A stretch of DNA of 64,000 nucleotides from Octopus vulgaris (GCA_951406725.2 OX597814.1:149544001-149608000), one strand, 5' to 3'. Shown: positions 43,375-55,397, counted from the stretch's first letter. Numbers and translations: made by a program. Notes: generated by a model not told the origin, from the letters alone.

Positions 43375-44115
43375 TTAACAATACAAATGATATCTTCTCG
43401 ATGAATTTATTTATCGATTTTTAACATGCAAAATTCAGTACAATATTTCAGAACAGTCGTAAAACATCTTACTTGTTCTCTTTTCACTGCCTCCTTTTTC
43501 TGCTAACGAAGGAAGAGAGTCAAATATACTGACACTTCAGATGGCTGCTTTTCTTTCAGATCTTTGTTTATGAGATAGTTGACAGTGACATGAAAACAGA
43601 AAGTGGTTAATACGTATAAATATATAAAAATGTGAGATAAGTCACCTATTCTTGATAGAACTATAAATTTCTAATCAATTATCTCTATATTTACAACATA
43701 TATACATACACATATACATACATTCATATATACGCATATTTATATACATATATATACACACACACATATATATTGATGTATCAATATATATATATATACA
43801 GCACACACGCACGCACTAACGCACACACACACTCGCATGCACTAACGCACACACACACACACACTCGCACGCATTTACTCACACATTATGGTCCGAGGAG
43901 TCACACTCGATAATGTTAACAAAGGAGCGCATTATAAATAAATTCACTGAGCAATGTCCTGGATGCCTACACGCAGCTAAACACACATTTACATATTACA
44001 ATCCAGACCATACATAACTTGATATATACATGGCACCCACAACTCTTAATACACATGAACTTGAGAAACCATATTTGAATAACTTGTATTTGACATATCT
44101 TGCAATCTAGATCCA

Positions 44116-44199
<84 letters not shown>

Positions 44200-44203
<4 letters not shown>

Positions 44204-44475
44204 AGAATATTTTGCGTAATGAGATAAAAAAAAACAAGGCTGTGTGGATTATTAGAACATTTATAGATAGGAAGTCTTGCAGCTATTTCCAGGATATATA
44301 TTAATTATATTCCTTCATCGAAGACGGTTCGAGAGGATGGTTAAGTAATAGTTAGTTTAGATAGGATACAAAACAGAAAGTGAGGTGGAGGTAAGAAAAT
44401 AGATGTGAGATACATAGGGATCGTGAAGTAGTAGATCCATTTTTTAGGCAGAATGGTATATATGTAAGATTCCAA
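44200..44475 (-). mobile_element. Penelope-pLTR-like unit (group P3) with degenerate hammerhead at 44274-44325
   Basis: Minus strand GUCU-UCGAUGA-AGGA..UCCU-G-GAAA-UAGCUG-CA-AGAC; (TA)n both sides; partial homologue at 39245-39305. Confidence 0.55.
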
Positions 44476-44572
44476 TATATATATATATATATATATTATT
44501 GAAAAAAACGGTAAGTCAACAAAAGAAAGAAAGAGACTACTATATTATGTAAATAGAGGAATTTATCGGCCG

Positions 44573-44633
44573 GATAACTGAAGAGATGCCGGCGTGGATT
44601 TCCACCTCGGCATCCGAAACTGGGAGTTTTATC
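44573..44633 (+). ncRNA. Type I hammerhead ribozyme, intact catalytic core
   Basis: Stem I GAUAA/UUAUC; CUGAAGA; stem II GAUGCCG..GUGGA-UU-UCCAC..CGGCAUC with one extra C; GAAA; stem III ACU-GGG-AGU; GUU triplet with predicted cleavage after 44628. Confidence 0.75.
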
Positions 44634-44654
44634 ATGGCTACCGAATAATTGTCA

Positions 44655-44856
44655 CATATTACATTTACATATATACATTTTTTCCCTCTGTTTTCCCTTC
44701 TCTGGATCTTTCCTTCTCCTATGTTTCCGACGAAGAACTCCGCTCGAAACGTTAAACCCTCCTTCTTCCCTTCTTTCCTGAGCGTCCAATAATACTATAT
44801 TAGTTCCAGTCCTCGCGTTGTTGTGTTTTTTTTGTGTTTTCTTGTTTCGATTAACT
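44655..44856 (+). mobile_element. Penelope-pLTR-like unit (group P1) with minimal hammerhead at 44723-44757
   Basis: GUUU-CCGACGA-AGAACUCCGCUC-GAAAC-GUU-AAAC; very similar to 6265-6435; runs into (TA)n. Confidence 0.65.
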
Positions 44857-44857
44857 T

Positions 44858-44946
<89 letters not shown>

Positions 44947-45703
44947 CTGTATAAATATGTATATATATATATATATATGTGTATATATATATATGTATAT
45001 GTAGGTGTGTGTATGCATATATGTGTACGCGTATCTGTATATATATACATGTGCGTGTATATATATACATGTGCGTGTGTATGTGTATGTGCGTGTGTGT
45101 ATATAGATATATATATCTACATACTCATATATATATCTACATACATGTGAATTTGTGTATACGTGTACGCGGGTATAGGTTTATATGCATATGTGTATGC
45201 ATGTGTATGTGCATGTATATGCATGTATATATTTACTTATATGTATACGCGAGTGTACTAACACGTGTGTGTGTGTCACACTTTGCACAGACGTCTGTAC
45301 CTTGCTTTACGTACGAATATACGCACATATTTATCTATGCCATGTACGTATGTTCATGTGTATATACGCATGTCTACTTGCATATATGAGTTCCTATGCA
45401 TATATATGTATGTATTCGTATATACGTGTGCGTATGCGCATGTATATTTGGATGTGCGTGTGTGAGTGCGTATGTATATGTGCACATATATATTTGTATC
45501 TGTGTAAGTATATGTGTGTCTAAGCACGAACTTATTCTCGAAATTGATGGACATATAGCGGTACGTAGAACCGAATCAGAAAATCTCTTAAAACTTTTTA
45601 TTGAAGAAACCCGAAAAGACCTAGAACGCGTCGAAACATGTGTCGTACCCAATGAAATCTTTTCTACTTCCCACCATGTTATTAATACTGTCATCTCTCT
45701 CTT

Positions 45704-45777
<74 letters not shown>

Positions 45778-45998
45778 TAGATATTATTGATCATCTGGTA
45801 AAAAACAGTAAATCATATTATTTTAGTCTACACTTATTAGATTAAAATTTTGTATAGGTACGCTAACCACAGTACGGAAAATTATAATTACTGTGTTAAT
45901 GCCTATTTTAGCAACACTAGTTTTAAACTCCATACGAAACCATAATTCGACAGATTACTTGTAAAATCTACTATAAAACTCATATATATGCGTGTGTA

Positions 45999-46029
<31 letters not shown>

Positions 46030-46365
46030 ATGTTTACCTGCAATATTTACTGTAATAGCTATTTAAATCATAATTACGATGAATTTTAGTTTTATTTCTC
46101 AGAGTTTGTCCTGTTAAATTAGTGGTTTGCATTAATGTATTTATTAAGTTTTTGGAAAGTTCATATTAAAAGTTAATGAATTAATCATTTTTAATATTTC
46201 AGTATCTACATTTGAGCCTTTAAACGCCGGAGTAAATAAAATAACTAACAGTCAAGTAACAGAGAATCATCGACAAAATTGACAAAAATTTGTACATTTA
46301 CGGCAATAGGAGAAATATATAATTTAATTTTTCAAGGATATCGCTAGAATATCCCATTTTATCAT

Positions 46366-46578
46366 GGCGGCGAGCTGGCAAAACCGTTAGCACGTCCGAC
46401 GAAATTCTTAACGATATTTCGCCTGCCTTTACATTCCAAGTTCGAATTCCGTCGAGGTCGACACTTTAACTTTCATTTTTTTCGAGGGCCGATACATTAT
46501 GTACCAATTGCATACTGGCGTCCATCTAATCGACTGGACTCCTCCTTAAAAATTTCGGGCCATGTGCCTAGAGTAGAA
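46366..46578 (+). mobile_element. SINE family 2
   Basis: GGCGGCGAGCTGGCAAAACCGTTAGCACG..GTTCGAATTCCGTCGAGGTCGAC..TGTGCCTAGAGTAGAA. Confidence 0.85.
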
Positions 46579-46949
46579 TTAAATGGGTTATTGAGCTACT
46601 TTCTGCAGTGTGAATTTTTAAATGCATCATCACAACTTAGTTTCTTCCTGAAACAAATTATTTATTGATATGTAAGAACAAGACCTGAGAATTCTTTCGT
46701 GAAAAAGGATGAACTTTTCTTTCTTTTTTTTTCTTTTTTTTAGATCATTCAGTAGAGGGGATAAAATTAAAGCTTCTCAACTTCGATTTGAAAGCAATAT
46801 GCGGTTTCAGCTTTGTAAAATTTTATTCCTCACAACCGACCAAATATATTCTTTATAATTGCACTTAAATGTGAAAAGTTAGATCTGCACATGTTTTCTG
46901 CATACTTGCAATTGAAGAAAAGAGTGTAGTGAATTAGTCTCCATACCTA

Positions 46950-47210
46950 ACAGATACGAATGTTGTAATTCAGTTCGTGAAAGCCGCGGCGCGAGCCAGG
47001 GTGAAGCTACCACGCGTATACAGGTCTCCGTGGTACGAGCAAATATTTGGCAGGACACCTGAGAATTCCAATTTTTTCACAATGAACATACCGGCCGACT
47101 CGGACACTCGGCGTAGAGCACTCTCGGAGGAATCGTGCGGGGCGAAACGACCGGGAAGAGGAGACGGTATCCGATGACATCTGCCTCGTGGCTTCTGATC
47201 GAGTTTATAA
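46950..47210. other. Unique CpG/GC-rich island; candidate exon or regulatory element
   Basis: Many retained CpGs in AT-rich surroundings; + frame open for ~75 codons after CCTAACAG; the antisense frame is also open. Product unknown. Confidence 0.3.
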
Positions 47211-48547
47211 TAAATGGACGTTAGTAGATGCCACAGAGCATTAACCCCAGGATTATTTTGTTTCTGTCATTCTGCTGGTTTGAGTTTTCGGAATTAACAT
47301 TCTAAGTAACAGTCCTATCACCTATTGAAAGAAGTTTCTTTCTCCTACACAATTATAAAGGAAGGGCATGTAATCTCATGTCTTAAATGTGCAGCAATTT
47401 GTATGATATTTATATAGTTTAACTATGCTAAAATAATTTTTATTTGAGATTGAATTAGGGAGAAAGAACATGATGTGCCGGTGTATAGCCATTTTGTTCA
47501 CTTTATTGACTTCTTTATAAATAACTTGCAGTTTTCCGTAGGGAAAAATTGGGGCAGTGTCATAATTGCGAAATTTTTCTTTATCTTCTAAAGCTGAATT
47601 TAAAACTTTCTAGGTGTATAACTTCTAGTTGAATGGGTTAAGTCAGGCTGTCTAGCCCTCCATTATCTGCATGAAGTCTTTAGATGATATCTTTTATGAT
47701 TTAATGGATTACAGGAACTCAATCAAACTTAGTTTGGAAAAATTAATTCATCTTTTACTTTTGTATTTGTATCTTAGTATTTATCATCTGAAATTTCACA
47801 TTGGCTGATATTGAGATATGGAAGATGAAATACTTGTAAAAAACCTTTGATAATGCTGATAACGTTTAATTGTATAAAACATTGAGACGCGATCAAAGCC
47901 ATCAATTGTATCGAACGATAAAAGCAAATACACCGGCTTGTTTTTTCCAGTTGTTTTCGGTCTCGTCGTATTCATATCAGAACTCAATAGTTCAACATTG
48001 ATATTTTTAAATCAAAACAAGCACCAGCAAACCGACGCAGAAAAATATCCGTAATTGTCTCCTGTATTTACCGTAAAAAAAAAGTAATGATATTTATTAG
48101 CGTCTGATATTATTTTATCATCGTATATTTTATTCTACTTTAGATTTTAATATATTATTTTTATCAACACAAATTTTATTCCATTTTAGATTTTAAAATG
48201 TTTCAATCATTAAATGTTGTCAATTACTTAGCTTTTTTACGCAGATGGCTTTGTAGAATTATTAAATGTTCTGTTTTTCTACGTCATCGATTATCCATAA
48301 CTCTATATCTACTTTAGTTTAGGCGGCGAATTATCGGAGTTGTTACAGAGTCGGGCAAAATATATTGCAGTATATATACAGATTGACTGCATACAGAGTT
48401 CAAATCCCGCTAAGATCAACTTTGCTTTCCAAATTTTCGAGGCTGATAAAATAAGTAACTGTGAAGAAATGTGAACTGGAATAATTATTCCTTTCTACTC
48501 TAGGCACAAGGCCTGAAATTTGGCGAGAAGGGGCCAATCGATTAGGC

Positions 48548-50852
48548 CACAGGTCATCAAACTACGGTCCACGACGTCAATTTGTCCGGCCCGCCGTCGT
48601 ATACTGAGAAAATATAAACATGCTTTTATACTGCTTCTTACACTTCTTGGATTACGCACGTGGTATGTATACTGAGTCAGTCACTTCACGCGCTATGTAT
48701 TTCACGCGTTATATTAATTACTACAGTACATCACGTGTGCTTCTGGATAGTCAGTTATTAGTGATTACAATTAAAGCGAGAATATCTGACGCCGAGGCCT
48801 AAGACTGCTTTTGTTGTTTCTTCACCCATCATTATGGCTACTAAGAAGAGAAAGGTTGATGATGAATGCCGCATTTTCAAAAAAGAATGAGGAGAAAAAT
48901 ACTTCTTTGTGGAAACAAACGACCAGAAAGCTAGTTGCTTGATATGCAACGAAAGTGTAGCTGTTATGAAAGAGTACAATATTTGTCGTCACAACGAAGC
49001 AAAACATCTCTCAGCACATTCTAAATATTCTAGAAAGTTGCGGTCCGATAAATTTAAATCTATGAAACGTAGTTTGGAATCTCAAAGGAATTCCTTTACG
49101 AAAAAGTTTGTTAAAAATGAATCTAACACTGGTGTAAGTTACAAAATAATGAATATGTTGGAAGAGCGAAGAAAACAATTTACTGATGGAAATTTTATAA
49201 AAGAGTGCATGATGGAAACAGCAAATGACTTGTGTTCTGAAAAAGCTAACATGTTTGGCTGCATCAGTCTTTCAGCAAGTTCGGTTGTACGGAGAATAGA
49301 ACTTGGGGAGAATATACAATTACAGATACATGAGAAAGCTAAGAAATTTTTGTGGTCTTTTTCTTGAGATTGATGAGTCTACTGATCTCTCTAGTACGTC
49401 ACAACTTCATTCATGGTGTTAATTGCAGCTTTGAGATTATAGAAGAAATGGCATCCGTTTGCAGTATACATGGAACAAGAACTGGAGAAGATATTTTCAT
49501 AGAGGTGCAGAAAACTTTGCAAAACTATAACGTTCAGTGGAATCAGCTTCGGTGTATTACAGTCAATGGAGGAAAAAACATGACAGGATTGAGGAAGGGT
49601 TTGGTAGGGCGGATCCAGACCAAGTTGGAGGAATTTCAACTTCCGAAAGCTCTCTTTATACACTGCATTATACATTAGCAAGCACTCTGTGGAAAACACT
49701 TATATAGTTCTTGAATACTAAAACCGGTTACAACTGTGGTGAACTTTATTCGGAATCATGGGCTTAATCACCGACAGTTCCAGGCTTTCCTTGAAGAAAT
49801 GGATTCTAATTTCTGTGATTTGCCTTACTACACAGAAGTTGCGGTAAAGTCTTGTTTCGTTTTTATAAGCACCGAAGAGAAATAGATCTTTTTCTCACCG
49901 AAAAGAATAGTACTGATCCACAGCTGTCAGAACCTTCATGGTTATAAAAGTTGCCGTTTTTAGTTGACGTCATTTCTTGTATGGATTTAAAACTGCAAGG
50001 AAAGAATAACCTTGTCTGTGATCTCTACATAATTATTACAGTATTTCGGAGAAAGTTATCATTGTTTGAAGCACAACTTGAAAGAGGAGACTTCTCCCAT
50101 TTTCAATGCTTTCAAGAGTTTAGCACAGAAAATGAGGGACATGTTAACCTCGAGTGTCAGAAAAAAAATTATTCGAGGCTTAAATAAGCCTTTCTCTCAA
50201 TGATTTTCAGATCTTGATAGAATTGAGAATGAAATTCGTTTGTTTGAGAATCCCTTTAGCTGTAATCCTGATAACAAGCCAACTGAAATACAACTGGAGC
50301 TTATTGACTTGCAAGCTAATACCTTGTTGAAAGAGAAGCACAGAGAAGAAAAACTCATTGAATTTTATCACTGCTTGCCTGCTGATGAGTTTTCAAAATT
50401 GAAAAAATTTGCCTCAGGTATAGCATCAGTTTTTGGAACAACTTATGATTGTGAGGACATTTTTTCAAAAATGAAGTGTGTGAAGTCAATACATCGAGCA
50501 ACGCTCAATGATGAACATTTGAAAGCAATTCCTATGGTTGGATGATATTTTGGAAGCAAAACGCCAGTTTCACAAATCTCATTAACTTTTGTGCTGCTTA
50601 CTTTTTATGCAATTCTGCTATGTGCGCACTTATTCTAAAAATTCTAACTTGGAATTATTAAAATATGTTTATTGTTTTTATTATTTTGTGTATTTTATGT
50701 ATTGATAAATAAATAGGATAATTGTCTTTATTTTTTGTGTACATTCAGTGTATTCTATATTGTACTGAATTAAACAATGTATTTGTCCGGCCCACACCTG
50801 GCATTCTTTTAGCTATATCTGGCCAACTATGAAAAAAGTTTGGTGACCCCTG
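48548..50852 (+). mobile_element. Complete, decayed hAT transposon of the Buster/Charlie (SPIN-like) group
   Basis: TIRs CACAGGTCATCAAACT / AGTTTGGTGACCCCTG; perfect 8-bp TSD GATTAGGC (48540-48547, 50853-50860). Confidence 0.93.
48834..50585 (+). pseudogene. hAT transposase pseudogene (SPIN / GTF2IRD2 / EPM2AIP1-like)
   Basis: MATKKRKVDDECRIFKKE*..CLICNESVAVMKEYNICRH (BED-like zinc finger), IDESTD, TVNGGKNMTG, HCIIH, FGTTYDCEDIFSKMK..RATLNDEHL; several stops and frameshifts. Confidence 0.9.
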
Positions 50853-51033
50853 GATTAGGCTAACCCCAGCACGCAACTGGTACTTAATTTATCGACCCCG
50901 AAAGAATGAAAGGCAAAGTCGACCTCGGCAGAATTTGAACACAGAACGTAAAGACAGACGAAATACAGCAAAGCATTTCACCCGGCGTAGTAACGTTTCT
51001 GCTAGTTCACCGCCTTGAACAGGAATAATTATT

Positions 51034-51242
51034 CTTTCCTATTCTAGGCACAAGACCTGAAATGCTTAGGGAGGGGACCAGTCGATTACATCGACCTCAA
51101 TATGCAACTGGTACTTAATTTATCGACCCCCAAAGGATGAAAGGCAAAGTCAACCTCGGCGGAATTTGAACTCAGAATGTAAAGACAGACGAAATACCGC
51201 AGTTCGCCTGGCGTGCTAAAATTTCTACTAGTTCGCCGCCTT
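51034..51242 (-). mobile_element. SINE family 2, tandem second copy
   Basis: Full reverse-complement copy directly after the first, separated by an 18-bp repeat. Confidence 0.88.
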
Positions 51243-53865
51243 TGAACTGGATTAATTATTGTAACAGTGAAGTGTTAATTTGTTTTGGCTTCTTATGTTC
51301 TGAAGATTTGGGTGGTAAACTCGCAGCTGAACCGGAGACCTTGAAAAATTAAAAGTTCAAAGATTCTGATCTTCCTTTCCTGACTATACAGGTTACATTT
51401 CAAGAGAGGATACGCATAAAAAGAGAAGAATATCTGAAATTATTTACCGTACTTGAGGAAAAGCCAACTTATATAAATATAATACATCATCTAACATAAG
51501 TTTCATATTCAATTTTCCAATACATTTTGCATCAAATATATAATATATTGAAACAGTCATCTAATGAAATATTAACACGGTCTTCTTGTCTCTTCATATA
51601 TGTTTATCTGATGCAAAATCTATTGCAGTAATTCGCAAGTATGGGCTGGTAGTATGTGCCACGCTCTCTCAAATTCCTTTAAGAGTGAAAGTAACGGTGA
51701 GCAGATATAATAAATGCCATCTCGGCCCTCCCACATTTAACTTAGTGGAACAAGCAAGAAGTGACATATGAAGTTACTGGCAAGCAGACATAATGTGTCA
51801 CCGGATCCAAAAATCGAACCCACGTCCTCATGATCAGAACAAGACCACACTAACCACAAGGCTGTGTGCTTTCTATAAGTTTAAGCTATATATTCTGAGC
51901 AAATGATAGTTTTATCTCTTCATTTCTAGTCATAGAGCACTGCTCATACTTTCTTCAGTACACTTCATGTTTCGTTCGATACACGAATATCTTATCACAC
52001 AGTCCAGCTTCAAACCAGAAAGTCATTTAATTTTGATATTTTTCAGAATTTATAGATTAAGTATAAGAAATCTATTCCAAACAAGTCTTACGAAATAGTA
52101 ATTAAAGCGAAAGATTTGCTAAGAGTTGGAACATTTTAATGGAGTCTCTGGACTTCACAGAAATTCACTGGCAGATTTTCAATTATAAAACGCAATTGTT
52201 CTTATCTCGATTTGTTCAAATATACAATAATTCTTAACTCGTAGAATTCAATAACAACTGTAACCAAATACCTCCTGTTACAGTATTCCAAATGTATGTG
52301 CTTATTAGTTCCTTTAGGTGTCTACCAATCACTGTTATGAGGTTTCTTCTATTTATATTGATGACATTCACATAATCGATTTATCGTCAGTACATGATTT
52401 ATTCCGGTGTTAAGACATTTATGTCTTGCAACACGATTTTCAGACAATATAACTATAGGTTTGAGAGCTGTAGTTGTCTGGGTTCATAAAATGTCAATAA
52501 ACAAACTGAAGGCTCTGCACTATAACTGGCACAAATGTTACTGATTGTTAATTCTCTGCCAACGCAATCGCTGTTGTTGTTCTTGTTGCTTAAACAAATC
52601 AGTTTTGATCAATCAGGAGGATTATTTGATGTAGTCAAACTGCGACAAACCAATACTTTTTCAAGCATAGTTTGTCTCGACCTTAAGACGATGGGTTATG
52701 ATTTGAGACAAATATGGCTAATATTTTTAGCTGTTCAAATGATCACACGGGGGCTATTTCCTTGATGCCTCATGCTTAGTTTAGGTGCTTGCATTGTACA
52801 GACAGGGGATATTAGCCATTTATTTTAATAGAAGTACTGAATAACTGACGGTTGATCCACGAATAAATTTGGTCCACATTGAAATCTTTCATTAGACTTG
52901 AGTTGTGACTTGACTGCTTCAAATGCCCTGAAAGCTGATATATACATTCTAACTCTCTAACTCTCTTCATATTTTGAGACGACGAAAATGTATGAATCTA
53001 TGAATGAACCTTGATGCATCCACTTAACGCCAACATTCTGCGGAAATTTCGGTAAATGGAAACTATACAGAAGGCTGCCGGATGGACTCTGCACATAATT
53101 CAAAATTTCAACTTAGGCATTATGGGACATGTGTTACTCTGTCTCCACCTGAGTACACGTTATAGATACACATGTTGCAGGCTAATTCAATAAGTAGGTT
53201 GTCACATTGATTAAAGTATCGGACATTAAGACACAAGAGTCCATCATCATAGCAAATATTTCAGGAATAACATTCGACGGCCTGGTGATAGATATTTCAC
53301 TTTCTTTATATATCCAACAAAGAGGCTGTCAGCTCTTCATCAGATTTTCAGTTGAAGGAGACAAATTGCATGCCTGAAATCACAATTCAGTCCATTATCA
53401 AACGTTGTACTTGTTACCAAGACTGACCTGGATCAATGCAGTCACATGGATGAAAATGAAACCTGGTACATTTTTATTTCGTATCTTTTTTTCTAGTTCT
53501 GTGAGAGGATTTGCATTCAACAGTGCCTACTGACATAATACTCATAACCAAATTATCAAACAAGTTTCCTTGAAATCACACACCTTTGCCGTCTTTAGAA
53601 TACTGGGGAAGGTGACGATTTATTAGATAAAACTATGCATGAGAAAAAAGTTTTGTATATCAAAACATGGGCGCTACTGAGGATTAATCTGTATAAATCA
53701 AGGTTGACCTGAGATAAAGAAATAAAAAGAAATTCTGATAATTATATTCCTCAGAGAGGTGATTCATACCTTATGCACGCTTTTATGAGTGAGTGCGTTT
53801 TCATACGTATTTGTATGTATAGATATATGAATTCATATACAAATAGACATATACAGTTATATATA

Positions 53866-54258
53866 TGTAGTGACGCCATCTTCGAAATTTCCAGCACGCA
53901 TGCGCAGGGTTGGAATCTTCCGGAAGGCCTGCCGGAAGTTCCTTCATGCGCATGTGCAGAAAACTTGTATCTCTCTCTTGGACGCTAGCAGCTGAACGAC
54001 ACAGACGTGTCTCCAGCAGCTTTCTCGAGCTGCTACCTCGTGTCGCATCACCACTATGCTTGAACGGGCAGGATTGACTCACTCCACTTGCCGATAAGCT
54101 CCTAGGTTACCGATTCCTTCAGAGGAAGGAAGTTGCGAATCAAAGAATAAATAATTATACTGTTGAAGCTAATGGAAAATCTTGACTCTTTCTTCAATAG
54201 ATATTTAATGTAGAGGATGCCAGCAGCACCCATCCAGTGCGGGAATCTCTCATCCTGT

Positions 54259-54262
<4 letters not shown>
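53866..54262 (+). mobile_element. Probable solo LTR (Gypsy-like)
   Basis: TGTAGTG..TGTTACA termini, ~397 bp, AATAAA near 54146, TATA on both flanks (compatible with a 4-bp TSD in a TA tract), GC-rich U3-like 5' part. Confidence 0.65.
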
Positions 54263-54306
<44 letters not shown>

Positions 54307-54670
54307 GGGTAAAGACCTCCTTCGGTCACGAATGATCATAGGATTGCAACTAGAAAGTTACCATTCGAGGCACAAGTCCGACCAAGGTTGTTTCTGGAAA
54401 ACTAATTGTATAGGAAATAAGGATTTAAAGAGGTTCCATTTACCCGCTAACGTGCACAAAATTACTGATAGAGTGTCTTCTGACGAACCACTTCGGGGTT
54501 TGTTAGTCGCTCATCAGAGAATATACAGCGTTATTCCTTTACTATTACTAGAATATTAAGCTGTATTTAAAGCAATCATGAATATATTTAAATGAAGTAA
54601 TACACTCTCGACTTATTGTATGAAATATCTTTAATTGTGGTTTCTTCTGTTTCTAGTAGTAGGCCACCCT

Positions 54671-54708
<38 letters not shown>

Positions 54709-54769
54709 ATGCATCTACATATACAAATGTGTGTGTGCGTGTTTGAGTGTGTGTGAGAGTGTGTATACA

Positions 54770-55020
54770 CATTATTTATATTATTTACACTGGACGTTAA
54801 TGTGTCCTCATCTTGTTCGCTGTTACTACAACATTTCGGCTGATTTACTCTCCAGCTTCCATTAGTTGTCCTGGTAGAATTTTGAACCCAACCCTGGGTT
54901 CTCATTCCTAAGTTATTTTTTGCTGATGTTATTTTCATTATCATTATTTATTCAAGGCATTGCCTGGAATTGAACTCGGAATCTTGGGGTTAGTAGCCCG
55001 TGCTCATAGCCATTACGTTA
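54770..55020 (-). mobile_element. tRNA-like head (55020-54960) followed by a Penelope-type hammerhead segment (54870-54825)
   Basis: Minus strand TAACGTAATGGCTATGAGCACGGGCTACTAACCCCAAGATTCCGAGTTCAATTCCAGGCA, then ACAA-CUAAUGGA-AGCUG..CAGCC-GAAAUGUUGU. Confidence 0.55.
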
Positions 55021-55311
55021 ATGCCTTTTATGGGGTCAGTTTTAATTTATAGACTAGTTTTATCAAATCCTTTTATATCTAAGACTGAGATAACAAGGGA
55101 CAGTAAAACTGAACTATACATTAAAACTGACCCCATAAAAAAACAGACAAGTAAAACTCTGTAACAAGTCTTTCTTCCTGATACCTTAGTAGCATCTAAA
55201 CTGAACGGAAGGCAGCATGCTGTTTATCTATCTCCTTAACTCCTTGGAGATTTTAGGTAAATTATACTAATGTGTCCATCTGTTTTAATTTAATTAAATT
55301 CTATGTCTTTG

Positions 55312-55397
55312 TGCAGCTGAAGATTGCTCTGCATTTAAATCGATGTAATGGCTGCATTGTGCAATTAAATGGAGTTGTATAAAACGATCGTACTGCA
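55312..55397 (+). ncRNA. Type I hammerhead-like motif (G12A change)
   Basis: UGCAG-CUGAAGA-[stem II with CAUUUAA/UUAAAUG]-AAAAC-GAUC-GUA-CUGCA; stem I UGCAG/CUGCA; palindromic GAUC loop III. Confidence 0.6.

Larger units (their letters stand above)
48491..51015 (-). mobile_element. SINE family 2 split by the hAT insertion (48491-48547 and 50853-51015)
   Basis: The halves join into a normal family 2 copy once the hAT and one TSD copy are removed. Confidence 0.85.

Noticed and set aside
48909-50545. Host GTF2IRD2/EPM2AIP1/ZBED-type domesticated gene
   Set aside because: Multiple stops and frameshifts plus TIRs and a TSD identify a dead transposon.
54960-55020. Functional tRNA gene (also the heads at 2661, 8629, 23935)
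   Set aside because: No complete acceptor stem or cloverleaf; they continue into repeat bodies and are SINE-type heads.
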